Virus record (IMG/VR): IMGVR_UViG_3300027963_000098
Span: 1 to 54,137 of that record
DNA length: 54,137 nucleotides
Strand: one strand, 5' to 3'
Source: a virus
Taxonomy: Duplodnaviria > Caudoviricetes
Position 1 is the stretch's first letter; each line of letters opens with the position of its first letter. Under the pieces are notes generated by a model. The model was not told the origin of the DNA. It searched no databases and worked only from the letters and a program-made list of their open reading frames with translations. Below, one piece after another: positions 28,228 through 37,366 of the stretch. Made by a program: the position numbers and the translations under genes.

Positions 28228-29502
28228 TTACTCCTTGATGTGAATAGTTTTGCCAGACTCGGCGTTAAATGAGGGATTACCAACCACGCACCAGATAATC
28301 GGACACCCCAAGTCTGCCCAATTACCCTCTCCATGAAAGTACCCATCAGTAAGGACAATAACTACGTCCACCTGCTGGCCTTCACCTTGGATGATTTTGT
28401 TTTTGATGTACGGCGGCAGACAAGACGGGTCTGTGCCACCACCTCCCCTCGGTTGTGTAGTCTTATCAATCTGGTCGTACTCCGCCGGAGCGTAGACTTC
28501 ATGCCCCGCAACTCGGGTATCCCAGTACAGATGATGCAAGCCTTCGGGCGTAACCTCGTTGCAGATAGACTTCACCTCGGACATGAACTTGCCAAGGATA
28601 GGGCCACCGATGGAACCAGATGTATCAACACAGTCTACGATAAACCCGACGCGGTGCTCGATGTTTTGAGGAAGATAAATGTCAGCCCCAAGATGACGAC
28701 GGCTGAATCGACGCCACGATGAGTCCCCGCTACCCTTGCATACATTCTTAACAAGGTCTCGCAGTACGTCACGCCAATCGACTTCTGGCTCCACGAGTTC
28801 TACTAAGTCGCGGGGCACATCACCACCCATCTTCCCAACCAACTGCTTACCCTGCTGCAAGGCACGGTTGATGCGACTCTCCAGTTCGCGCTTCTCCTTG
28901 TCAGTCAGTTCCTTGTCACCATCCCAATCGTGCTCATCGAACTGATTGTCATCAAGTTTCTTGCGGCTCTTACCTTGTTTCTTACCCCCGCTACCATCGA
29001 CAGGTTCGCCGTCTTCGCAAGGTTCACCGTCCCCCTCGCAATCATCTTCGAGTTCCTTCATCAGGTCATCGAACACTTGCTTCGAGTCCCAACCGCGATA
29101 CTTCTCATCAAGCAGGCCCATGCGGCTACCATCAGGGAACGTGGGGAATTGAATCTCCTGCTCATCAGGGTCTTGGTCAATCAACTGAAGATTGATGACG
29201 TAGTCACACGCTGCGTTAGCAACGAGCGGGTCTTTGCGATATAGGTTCTTCCACACGCTAGTGTGACGCCATGCGATATGTGACAACTCATGCAACACCA
29301 CGAACAAGAGTTGCTTCTGGTTTAGGGAATCAACGAACTCCCGACCATACCACACATCGGCTCCATTGGTACGTGCAGTCGGAACGTCATCATCGACGAA
29401 CACCTTGCCGACCATCGTCATACCCGCAAAGAAGCGAAACTTCTTCGATTGTAGAATTGAGACGTGAGCACGCTCAATCTTCTGCTCTGCTGTTATCTTC
29501 AT
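28228..29502 (-). CDS. Metallopeptidase plus VWA domain protein (DUF2201-like)
   Basis: HELSH, ACDYVIN, MIDAS DTSGS, GGGT, LTDG. Confidence 0.85.
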   Translation of the reverse strand: MKITAEQKIERAHVSILQSKKFRFFAGMTMVGKVFVDDDVPTARTNGADVWYGREFVDSLNQKQLLFVVLHELSHIAWRHTSVWKNLYRKDPLVANAACDYVINLQLIDQDPDEQEIQFPTFPDGSRMGLLDEKYRGWDSKQVFDDLMKELEDDCEGDGEPCEDGEPVDGSGGKKQGKSRKKLDDNQFDEHDWDGDKELTDKEKRELESRINRALQQGKQLVGKMGGDVPRDLVELVEPEVDWRDVLRDLVKNVCKGSGDSSWRRFSRRHLGADIYLPQNIEHRVGFIVDCVDTSGSIGGPILGKFMSEVKSICNEVTPEGLHHLYWDTRVAGHEVYAPAEYDQIDKTTQPRGGGGTDPSCLPPYIKNKIIQGEGQQVDVVIVLTDGYFHGEGNWADLGCPIIWCVVGNPSFNAESGKTIHIKE

Positions 29503-29512
29503 GCTTCTCTCC

Positions 29513-29800
29513 TTAATGGACAATGTGACCGGATGTCAGATTGTCCTCGTCTTCGTCAATGCCCTTGGTTACCAAGTAACTCATCTGCATTCCGTACAGG
29601 AACCCCTCCATACTGAGTCCGTTCTGTACCGCGAGTATTGCCGCAGACTTACCCAATACAGTCATGCAGTGGGCGATTGCGTCTCGCTTGTCTTTTATGT
29701 TGTTAGTGTTGTTAATCACTTTCTTGATTGCTTCCAACATAATCGCAAGGTCTCTCTCGGCAGCGGCTATCTGCTCATCCGTGATGTCATCTTCAGTCAT
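29513..29800 (-). CDS. Hypothetical protein
   Basis: 95-aa ORF with GGAG RBS. Confidence 0.6.
   Translation of the reverse strand: MTEDDITDEQIAAAERDLAIMLEAIKKVINNTNNIKDKRDAIAHCMTVLGKSAAILAVQNGLSMEGFLYGMQMSYLVTKGIDEDEDNLTSGHIVH
29518..29546. promoter_or_regulatory. 29-bp palindrome, copy 4
   Basis: GGACA-ATG-TGAC-CGGAT-GTCA-GAT-TGTCC. Confidence 0.85.
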
Positions 29801-29811
29801 GGTGTATCTCC

Positions 29812-30873
29812 CTAGAAAAGGTATTGGTTTTCACGCGCCCAGTCGATGAACGGCTGGCTGGAAAAGAGAATGCGCTTCTTCTCTTCGTTCTTTGCTGCTG
29901 TCAGGCAGAAGATAGATTGCAACTCTTTGGGTGCTCTCTTCATGTAAATGAACCACTTGCCGATGGTGCTGCGGTCAACCCATTGCACCGCCCCGAACGC
30001 GAGGATGCACAATGCTGCGGGGTCAGTCGGAACTCTTGCTGTTTCAGGAGTGTCGATGATGTCCTTACGCAAAGGTAGCGAGTCAGACAGGGCGATGAAC
30101 GCAGACAACTGCTGCGCCGCCGTCCCACCGATTGTGCCTTGCAATGCACAGATAAGCGCCCCCTCGCTGAACTTGTCACGCGCCTTGATGATATTGCTAG
30201 CCAGTTCCAAGGAACGCGGCGACACAAAGGACTTCTGGTTGTGTCGTGGGTTGTAGATGAGGTGGTTGTTCTCTTGCGCCGCATCCAGATATGAAGCAAG
30301 GCAATGCGTGTTCTCGTGTACCCACGCCAACATGACCGGAGCAATCCTGTCGCTGCCCCAGTTAATCCATTCCTCCGCACTCGGCTTGCGTATATTGAGT
30401 ACCGACAGACGGTTTCGACTGTGAGCCGCCATCACGTCGCCTACCCCATCGCTTGTCAAGTTACCCGCAGTTAGCACCACAGACGACGGGTGTAGAGTCA
30501 ACCCACCGACACGGCGCGGGTTAGTGAGTAGCGGATGCAGCATGTTCTTAACAGCAGGAGCACCCTTGGTGAACTCATCGAGCATGATACAAAGTGGTTC
30601 GTCAAGATGGAAACCCCAATGCTCACTCGGGTAGAGGGAGGTGGTGCGCGTCTCGCGGTCAGGCATGGGAATGCCCAAGTCACCCAACTCGGTATTCGGT
30701 ACGTCGATGTAAATACCTTTCATGTTGAGACGTTCGGCAATCACTCGGTGCATGCTGGTTTTACCAACGCCGGGTTCGCCGACAAGATGGAATGTATTAC
30801 CCGATGCACAGGCAACGATAAGGTCAGCGGCCTCGTTGAGGGAAACGTTCTGCTCAAGGTGAATCTGGTTCAT
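29812..30873 (-). CDS. MoxR-like AAA+ ATPase
   Basis: GEPGVGKT, MLDEF, AGN, SPRS motifs; near the VWA gene. Confidence 0.85.
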   Translation of the reverse strand: MNQIHLEQNVSLNEAADLIVACASGNTFHLVGEPGVGKTSMHRVIAERLNMKGIYIDVPNTELGDLGIPMPDRETRTTSLYPSEHWGFHLDEPLCIMLDEFTKGAPAVKNMLHPLLTNPRRVGGLTLHPSSVVLTAGNLTSDGVGDVMAAHSRNRLSVLNIRKPSAEEWINWGSDRIAPVMLAWVHENTHCLASYLDAAQENNHLIYNPRHNQKSFVSPRSLELASNIIKARDKFSEGALICALQGTIGGTAAQQLSAFIALSDSLPLRKDIIDTPETARVPTDPAALCILAFGAVQWVDRSTIGKWFIYMKRAPKELQSIFCLTAAKNEEKKRILFSSQPFIDWARENQYLF

Positions 30874-30897
30874 GATTTGGTCCTCTCTTGGTTTAGG

Positions 30898-32049
30898 TTA
30901 AACGTGGACATTCTGACGACGTGTCAGGTTGTCCCTCAGATACTGATATGTATACACATAACAAGTATTTCTCTCACTAGGTAATACCCCTGTCTCCACT
31001 TCTTTGCTTACAAAGCATACATCTGCATATGCTATCTTAAGTACATCGTCAAAAACTTCTAAAAGCGTGCTTGCGGGTATGCTGCTCCGCAACTCTGGTG
31101 TTTTGTGATAACCGTCTCCCACGAATGTTGCCAACAAGTCATGCTTAGTTGATGTACCAGCATCGACTCTAAAATTCGCAGCAACGCTTGCTGCTAGAAG
31201 CACTGTCAGTTTGCGCCAGTCATCAGGCTTGCTTGACTGCGCTAGATTAAGCGCATTGTTGAGGTTGTAACTCGCGTCCTCTTTGTCCTCCTCTTTGGCT
31301 TTCATTACAATTCTCATAGACGGGAGCAGTGTGTACTGAGTTTGGAACATCTGCTGAATCGAAAGGCGCATATTCCATATGGGGTTGACAGACCATTGAC
31401 TGTTTGCTTTATTCGCTATGTCAACAAGCATGTTTGAAACAAACCTAGCCCCCACCTGCGGGAAGCACTCAATCAATTCATCAGATGAATAAACGTCCGA
31501 AATCGCCGCCGTTACCTTGAGGTAGTTGATGAAGTCCGAGTACGCACGTCGCACCGCGTTGAGTGCCTTGCGATTGGCTACGTATTCGTATTTCACTGGT
31601 GCGTTAAGAGGCTCAAGCGTAGTCCACTCTTTGTCAGCCTTGAAGTACACCCATCCGTTCTTTGGTATCTCATAGTTGAGCGCCTTGTCAGGCCGAGGCA
31701 CAGTAAGAATTACTTTGTTGTCCTTCCGATACACCGTCCCGAGAGTGGCGGGGAGCACCGCATCCAAGAACTTGGCCGTAGTTATAGACGGCCAGCCGCA
31801 ACAGTTGAATGCAACCGTGCCATCCTTGGCGTACGTCATGACTATGTTGTCGTACAGTTTGAACTGCAGGCGTTCGTCTGCCATCTCGATGGAGCATTGC
31901 TTGTACCTACGGTTATTCCCGACCGGACGAATCGGCGGGTTGCTGCCACGGATAGGCTTGACCTCGTTGTAGAACTTGAGTGCGGTCTCGTAGTTCTTGA
32001 AGTCATGCCAACTGATTGAAGCAGGGTGATGCCTCGAGTGTCCCCACAT
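30898..32049 (-). CDS. Hypothetical early protein
   Basis: ~383 aa; KPIRG..IRPVG motif; GGAGG upstream. Confidence 0.7.
   Translation of the reverse strand: MWGHSRHHPASISWHDFKNYETALKFYNEVKPIRGSNPPIRPVGNNRRYKQCSIEMADERLQFKLYDNIVMTYAKDGTVAFNCCGWPSITTAKFLDAVLPATLGTVYRKDNKVILTVPRPDKALNYEIPKNGWVYFKADKEWTTLEPLNAPVKYEYVANRKALNAVRRAYSDFINYLKVTAAISDVYSSDELIECFPQVGARFVSNMLVDIANKANSQWSVNPIWNMRLSIQQMFQTQYTLLPSMRIVMKAKEEDKEDASYNLNNALNLAQSSKPDDWRKLTVLLAASVAANFRVDAGTSTKHDLLATFVGDGYHKTPELRSSIPASTLLEVFDDVLKIAYADVCFVSKEVETGVLPSERNTCYVYTYQYLRDNLTRRQNVHV
30906..30934. promoter_or_regulatory. 29-bp palindrome, copy 5
   Basis: GGACA-TTC-TGAC-GACGT-GTCA-GGT-TGTCC. Confidence 0.85.
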
Positions 32050-32495
32050 TTCACCTTCCTCCAAACTTGTAGATTACCCATTCACCAATTCGAGCAAGCA
32101 GGCTTTGCTTTTCTTCTGGCGCCCACAATGTCGGCTCGTAGCCATACGCTTCCTTCATGCTTCTCGCTATCCGGTAGTCCTTGTCACGGAACTCCGTGAA
32201 CTGATAGTGGCGTTCGTTCATTTCGTCTCTCCCTTCGCAGCCTTAACTGCACGTGCCAACTGCAGTCGAATGTACTGACGCTTCACGCGCTCGTACTCAC
32301 TCTTGGGGATTGCCATCCTAACAGATACAAACATCGTCTCGCCATCGTCCCCTGCTTTGAGCGAGGTCCAGTCTGCCTTGGTGTACTTCCAATTAATCTC
32401 ACCCACGGTCTGCGCTGTGACCATGCAGGCATGCCGATGCGCCCTACGGTTCATTGCCACGGTGTATGCGTGGTGCGGGACTTCATTTGCTGTCA

Positions 32496-32524
32496 GGACA
32501 TTCTGACCTTGTGTCAGGTTGTCC
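32496..32524. promoter_or_regulatory. 29-bp palindrome, copy 6 (intragenic)
   Basis: GGACA-TTC-TGAC-CTTGT-GTCA-GGT-TGTCC. Confidence 0.85.
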
Positions 32525-33779
32525 ACCACGGTTTCGGTTTTCTTCATTGCTTTCATCACACTTCTCCCTCGCCGTCTTTGATATCGGCCTCGCCGTTGCC
32601 GTGGAATGCAGCCATCGCCACCTTGTTGCGCCGCATGGCCTCCTTCATCCACTCCTCTTTGGTTGGTTTCGTCTTCAACAACACCAGTCTGTTCGCCAAG
32701 TGTGCGGCGACCTTCTCGTCTCTGGTTTTCATCACTCATCTCCCTTGATGTATCCGGTGGCCTTATCAATAAGGAACTCACCCTCCATGTAGTCCAACCC
32801 ATTCGGGTACTCGTCCTGCGCAGTCACTTCATCAAACTTGATGCGAACATGGGGCTTGCCGCCGTTGTCACGCACGTCTTCCGCAGCCTGTTCAAGCCAC
32901 TCAGCCACGCTCTCAACGGTAGAGCCATAAAGACTCACATCGAACGTCCATCTGATGGGTTTCCAATCTCGGTCATACGAAATCTCGACAATCCTGTAGC
33001 AATCCACAGTTCCATCTTCCGAAACAATCTCTGCTACTCCGTAACTCCAGTTCATCTCACTCTCCCTTGCTTGCGTAGTCGGTACGCTTGAACTCAAGCA
33101 CACCATCGTCGTTGAACTTAACCCAACCCAGACATTCGCCGTCTGGCACACCCCATATGTCCTCGTATACAGCCACTACGGGGTCCGGCTCCTCCTCGTC
33201 ATTGTGAAACGTAATCTCATACCGCACGGCGAACAGACCAAACTCAGTCACCGCTCGGGCCAACAACTCATGTGTCATCTTCTCCAACTCTCCCATCACT
33301 CATCTCCCTCTCGGACTACGTCCTCAACCATAAAGTTATCAGCCACTTCGTTAAGGGCTGCACTCACCACCCCAAGCACAGGCTTTGCTATCCTGATGCG
33401 GCTCTCATAAACCTTGATTAGTTCTTTCCTGTTCGGGATGTCCTCCTCTTCCTTGCTGTGTTGCAGTCGCGTCAGGCTCTCCTTCGCGCAACCGATGAAG
33501 TCAATCAACGCCCACTCGACGAGCACTGCGTCAACGTATGGCATGTTCAACGGAACAATCACTTCCTCTTTCACTTCGCTCATGGCTTGCTCCCCAGATG
33601 CTGTTCAATCGCTTTCAGTATCAGGTCTTTGTTGCGCGTCTTAGGCTCGCGGATGTACGCGGCGCAGTGGCGCAGTAGTTCCTTCTGTTGCTTCTGGACC
33701 TCCTTGTGCAGTTCGATGATTTCATGCAGCGAGTTGACCACTTGCTTGGTGCGCTTGATGTACGCGATGGATTGGGTTA

Positions 33780-33808
33780 GGACTTCCTGACGCCGTGTCA
33801 GATTGTCC
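33780..33808. promoter_or_regulatory. 29-bp palindrome, copy 7 (intragenic)
   Basis: GGACT-TCC-TGAC-GCCGT-GTCA-GAT-TGTCC. Confidence 0.8.
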
Positions 33809-33899
33809 TGTGCTTGTTGGTTGAGCGCGTTGTTGAGTAGCGCGTAGAGGTCGTCCACCTGTGGGGCGTAGGGACCTTCGATGGGGATGTTGTGCATGG

Positions 33900-34274
33900 T
33901 CATGCTTGCTCTCCCTTCATTGCCTGCAGCAGCAGGGCGTAGATGTAGTTGGACTTCGGGCGGTGCGTCTCGCGGGACATGGCCTCGAGCCATGCGTTTA
34001 CTTCTGGGCTGACACGCAATGTCAGTACGATGCTTCTGGGTTCCATGATTACTTCCTCCTTGATTTGTGCAAAGGTATGCAGCACCTTGAGATGTTTAGT
34101 TTTCTCTATGTGCAGTTTCAATGTGTCTTGGTTGTCAGCAGCAAGTTGCATCTTGCGTTTGATGTCCTCCCTGTTGGCCCGTTGCTTGTTGCCGTGCGTA
34201 CTGTCAGTAACCTCGCCGTCCCCGCACAGGTGGATGAACGACGTAGGCGTGGTGTTGATGATTTGGGTTTTCAC
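33900..34274 (-). CDS. Protein with a C-terminal ribbon-helix-helix (CopG/Arc-like) domain
   Basis: IVLTLRVSPEVNAWLEAMSRETHRPKSNYIYALL; GTG start at 34274 and an internal ATG at 34046. Confidence 0.7.
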   Translation of the reverse strand: MKTQIINTTPTSFIHLCGDGEVTDSTHGNKQRANREDIKRKMQLAADNQDTLKLHIEKTKHLKVLHTFAQIKEEVIMEPRSIVLTLRVSPEVNAWLEAMSRETHRPKSNYIYALLLQAMKGEQA

Positions 34275-34275
34275 A

Positions 34276-34518
34276 TTACTCTCCCCGCCACTCGGCGCGG
34301 ATGGCGCGCTCGTTGGCTTGTTGGTCTGCATACACAGCAGCGATGCGCTTAAGCATTACCCACATACTGTCGGTGTTGTATAGGTGGTCACCAGCAAACC
34401 GAAACCACTCGTTGTCGTCCCAACACTCGACCATCATGTCGCCACCGCGAGTGTAGTTCTCGAGGCACCAACGCTTCATGTCCTCAATTTCAATCAGCAC
34501 TTCTTTGAATGCACCCAT
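34276..34518 (-). CDS. Hypothetical early protein
   Basis: MGAFKEV after AACCAAGGAGA. Confidence 0.65.
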   Translation of the reverse strand: MGAFKEVLIEIEDMKRWCLENYTRGGDMMVECWDDNEWFRFAGDHLYNTDSMWVMLKRIAAVYADQQANERAIRAEWRGE

Positions 34519-34538
34519 CTCGTTCTCCTTGGTTGTTG

Positions 34539-34567
34539 GGACAAACTGACACCGTGTCAGAGTGTCC
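34539..34567. promoter_or_regulatory. 29-bp palindrome, copy 8
   Basis: GGACA-AAC-TGAC-ACCGT-GTCA-GAG-TGTCC. Confidence 0.85.
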
Positions 34568-34574
34568 CTCGAGT

Positions 34575-34853
34575 TCACTCTGTGTCAGTTGGCTTGGGGG
34601 ATTTGCGGACGCAGAAGCCTAGGGCTGCGTGCATGGCAACATGGTCTGGGTCGCGTTCTCCACCCAATGCTACGAGCACGTCTCCGCGTAGACTCGTAAG
34701 TAAATCCAACGCCGCATTGAGCACGGCGTGGTCAGTAACGAACCCGTCCAGTTTGAGTTGCATCGTGTTGGCGAGCGTACTCAGGTTTTTGCAAGTCTCG
34801 TTGCTGATGACTCGCGAGGCGAAAAGGTCATCGAGGTTTGTGTTCTGTTGCAT
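34575..34853 (-). CDS. Hypothetical early protein
   Basis: 92 aa after AACCAAGGAGA. Confidence 0.65.
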   Translation of the reverse strand: MQQNTNLDDLFASRVISNETCKNLSTLANTMQLKLDGFVTDHAVLNAALDLLTSLRGDVLVALGGERDPDHVAMHAALGFCVRKSPKPTDTE

Positions 34854-34873
34854 TTCTATCTCCTTGGTTGGCT

Positions 34874-34902
34874 GGACATTCTGACCGGATGTCAGGTTGT
34901 CC
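34874..34902. promoter_or_regulatory. 29-bp palindrome, copy 9
   Basis: GGACA-TTC-TGAC-CGGAT-GTCA-GGT-TGTCC; supplies the stop codon of the upstream gene. Confidence 0.85.
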
Positions 34903-35095
34903 TCTTGGGGTTGAGTTGACGTAGTTGTGTCAGGTCAGTAATCAGCAAGTAGTTGGACTTGTTGAGCGGCGCGGTGATGTGATACTTGCTTTCGGCTTTC
35001 GCTTGCTGCTCGCCGCAGTACATGCACGTGTGATAGCCCAACACCCAACGGTCAGGCACGACAACATCACCACAAATAACGCAATGGGTTTCCAT
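34892..35095 (-). CDS. Small C4 zinc-finger protein (DksA/TraR finger-like)
   Basis: CVICGD...RWVLGYHTCMYCGE; start METHC. Confidence 0.55.
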   Translation of the reverse strand: METHCVICGDVVVPDRWVLGYHTCMYCGEQQAKAESKYHITAPLNKSNYLLITDLTQLRQLNPKRTT

Positions 35096-35237
35096 TTCGG
35101 CTTCCCTCACTCGATGTGAACAAGACGGTTGAACACGAAATGCCCGATGCGGATGGTATGGCCCACACGCACATGCTCGGAACGGTAGAAGTAATAAGTA
35201 AGCATACGAAGAACACGCACAATGAATCTCCCAGAGG

Positions 35238-35266
35238 GGACAACCTGACATACCGTCATTTTGTCC
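35238..35266. promoter_or_regulatory. 29-bp palindrome, copy 10
   Basis: GGACA-ACC-TGAC-ATACC-GTCA-TTT-TGTCC. Confidence 0.85.
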
Positions 35267-35379
35267 GTTACAAAAAATGGACGAGGTACTACATTATCAT
35301 TATCCCACACTATGACACATACCTCAAATTTGTGTCCCGACTATCGCGTAGGTGTCCCGCATTACGAAATGTTGTCTAG

Positions 35380-35806
35380 TGTCACGCGGACTTGGTATTG
35401 ACAACGGAACAATAGGAACAATGGAACATTATAAGTGGGACGGAATGTCACGCGGACGTGGAAATGACAACGGAACAATAGGAACAATAGAACAATAGGT
35501 GTCAGTTGGGGTCAGTTAGCCCTAATGTTCTGTAATGTTCCATAATGTTCCTAGGGGGTAGGAACAAAACAAACCCAGTAAATACGGGGCTTGCAGCGTA
35601 ATGTTCTTTTGTTCCGTCTATTATTAGTTTTATATGAATTTATTTTTGTCCCCCTGCAAAACTTGCGTAGGTGCTCCGACTGACATAAAAATTTTCCCAG
35701 AAGCCCTAAATTGGACGGAACATTAGGAACAAAAGAACATTACTGCATAATCAGGCACTTACCGAACTGACACGACGGAACATTATAAGAACATTAGGAA
35801 CAATAG
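35380..35806. repeat. Iteron-like GAACA repeat field; putative replication origin
   Basis: About 18 GAACA/TGTTC units at 8-11 bp spacing in both orientations, a ~43-bp direct repeat and an AT-rich core. Confidence 0.7.
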
Positions 35807-35826
35807 GATTTGCCCCTTTTTGGTGC

Positions 35827-35855
35827 AGACAATCTGACACGATGTCAGTTTGTCC
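35827..35855. promoter_or_regulatory. 29-bp palindrome, copy 11
   Basis: AGACA-ATC-TGAC-ACGAT-GTCA-GTT-TGTCC. Confidence 0.8.
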
Positions 35856-35958
35856 CTCGCTCTGGTCGCCCTTTGTCAGTTTGTGACTTTGTACTCAGGA
35901 TGATGCTACCGCGTAGGTTTTAGGGAACTGGTCAGGCAGAGCCTGACCGAGGGAGGCG

Positions 35959-35996
35959 CGAGGCCGTGCCGAGGCCGTGCCGAGGCCGTGCCGAGG
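35959..35996. repeat. 11-bp tandem repeat, about 3.4 copies
   Basis: CGAGGCCGTGC three times plus CGAGG. Confidence 0.9.
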
Positions 35997-36059
35997 GCAG
36001 CCGAAAGCGTGACGCCGCGCCACCTGCTCGCTGCGCTCACCTGCTGGCGCACGATGGAC

Positions 36060-36087
36060 AAAAAAAAGCCCCGCCCGAAGGCGAGGC
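36060..36087 (-). terminator. Intrinsic terminator
   Basis: GCCTCGCC-TTCG-GGCGGGGC followed by a T-run. Confidence 0.8.
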
Positions 36088-36100
36088 CGATGCTGCTGGA

Positions 36101-36346
36101 TTACAGGAAGTGGTGGAATGGGGCGAACTCATACTCGACGTGGAATTCGGTGGCGTTGACGCTGGTCATGTACTGGTGACCAAGAAAATTCATGGTGTCC
36201 CTGTTGGTGGCATCATCTGACCACCGTTCCGCAAACCCCATGTCAACTGATGAGAACTTGACGATAGTCCAGCGCCAAGACCGCGCCCGCTTTTCGCAGG
36301 CGACCCGAACGCGAATGGTTAGACTACCCTTTGTGCTGTCTGACAT
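36101..36346 (-). CDS. Hypothetical immediate-early protein
   Basis: GGAGG RBS; flanked by terminator-like hairpins. Confidence 0.6.
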   Translation of the reverse strand: MSDSTKGSLTIRVRVACEKRARSWRWTIVKFSSVDMGFAERWSDDATNRDTMNFLGHQYMTSVNATEFHVEYEFAPFHHFL

Positions 36347-36371
36347 GATGCAACCCTCCGATATGGTATGG

Positions 36372-36400
36372 AAAAGCCGGAGGCCCGAAAGCCCCCGACC
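36372..36400 (-). terminator. Probable terminator
   Basis: Imperfect GC hairpin with TTTT after the 36411 ORF. Confidence 0.5.
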
Positions 36401-36410
36401 CGTTTACTAC

Positions 36411-37241
36411 TTACTGCGACTGCAGAACCTCGAGCACTTGGTCGAGAACGCGGAGGTCAGACACGAACAACTTGTTGTCCGCGCCGTCAACCTTCCGCTT
36501 GCCATACTGCGCAATGGCTTTCCACTTGTCGGATACCGCTTTGTTATGTTCATCCGACTCCGTACGCTCGCGCAGCGTGATGGCGGTCTTGATGCGCTCC
36601 GCCTCCGCCTCGCCCGCCGCGTCACCCTTAGCCGCTTTAGTGTAAGCCGCCTTGAGCGCCGCCTTTAGGTCAGCCTCGGACTTGCCCTCGAACGCCGCGA
36701 GCAACTTGGTGCGCTCCGCATCCGCTTTGGCTTTCGCCTCCGCACGTTGGGCCGCCTTTTTCAAGGCCTCCGGACTGTCCGACGCTGGCGGGATAAAGCC
36801 GCCTTTCAGCGCCATATCAACCAACTCCACAGCACGGCTCCACGCCTTGTCATAGGCGTTGTCTGTCAGCCCGACACGCTTGGCGCGGTATTGTTCCAGC
36901 ACCATCACCCGCACGCTCGAGTACCAGCCCCACAGCACCAACTGCACCCGCACGTGAAACTCAAGTGCCGGCCCATCCTCAGACACCAGAACGGGACGCC
37001 CATTACGCACTTCGACCACACCGTGTGTGGGCGATTGTGCCGCCAGCAACGCCGTCACCGCCGAGTACACTTGCAGGTTAGCCTTACCTTCTTCAGCCCG
37101 CAGTAACTCAGCCTCGAACAAACCGAGCGCCGCCTCTTGCGCCTTGCTGCGCAGGTCAACCGTCCACAACAGGCTTACCGCATCCGCGTCAGCCGCCAAC
37201 AACTCACCGGCTTGAGCCGGAGCCACTTGCTTCTGTTCCAT
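36411..37241 (-). CDS. Hypothetical Ala-rich first early protein
   Basis: GGAGG RBS before MEQKQ; ~276 aa with a helical C-terminus. Confidence 0.7.
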   Translation of the reverse strand: MEQKQVAPAQAGELLAADADAVSLLWTVDLRSKAQEAALGLFEAELLRAEEGKANLQVYSAVTALLAAQSPTHGVVEVRNGRPVLVSEDGPALEFHVRVQLVLWGWYSSVRVMVLEQYRAKRVGLTDNAYDKAWSRAVELVDMALKGGFIPPASDSPEALKKAAQRAEAKAKADAERTKLLAAFEGKSEADLKAALKAAYTKAAKGDAAGEAEAERIKTAITLRERTESDEHNKAVSDKWKAIAQYGKRKVDGADNKLFVSDLRVLDQVLEVLQSQ

Positions 37242-37308
37242 GTTGGAACCCTCCACCAGATACCGTCTGGCTAGTCGGACACCGCCACGACACGCAGCGG
37301 GTAGATGA

Positions 37309-37317
37309 ATAGTAGCA
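37309..37317 (-). promoter_or_regulatory. Possible early promoter (extended -10)
   Basis: TGcTACTAT upstream of the first early gene; no clear -35. Confidence 0.4.
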
Positions 37318-37366
37318 AACCCGCGGAACCTGTGTGATTTTTTGGGAGGCGCCGCCGCGCCGCCGC

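Larger units (their letters stand above)
32051..33903 (-). other. Seven small coupled early ORFs
   Basis: Starts re-read from RBS and overlaps: 32051-32221, 32218-32556, 32556-32732, 32732-33055, 33057-33299, 33296-33583, 33580-33903. Confidence 0.6.

Noticed and set aside
32218-32802. ORF-track N-terminal extensions (32802, 28065, 34578, 35251, 33993, 25693)
   Set aside because: Better RBS-supported downstream starts exist, and the extensions overlap other genes or regulatory sites.
35107-35310. 67-aa minus-strand ORF spanning palindrome copy 10
   Set aside because: Weak GTG start and no recognisable motif, so it is left uncalled, although it could be real.
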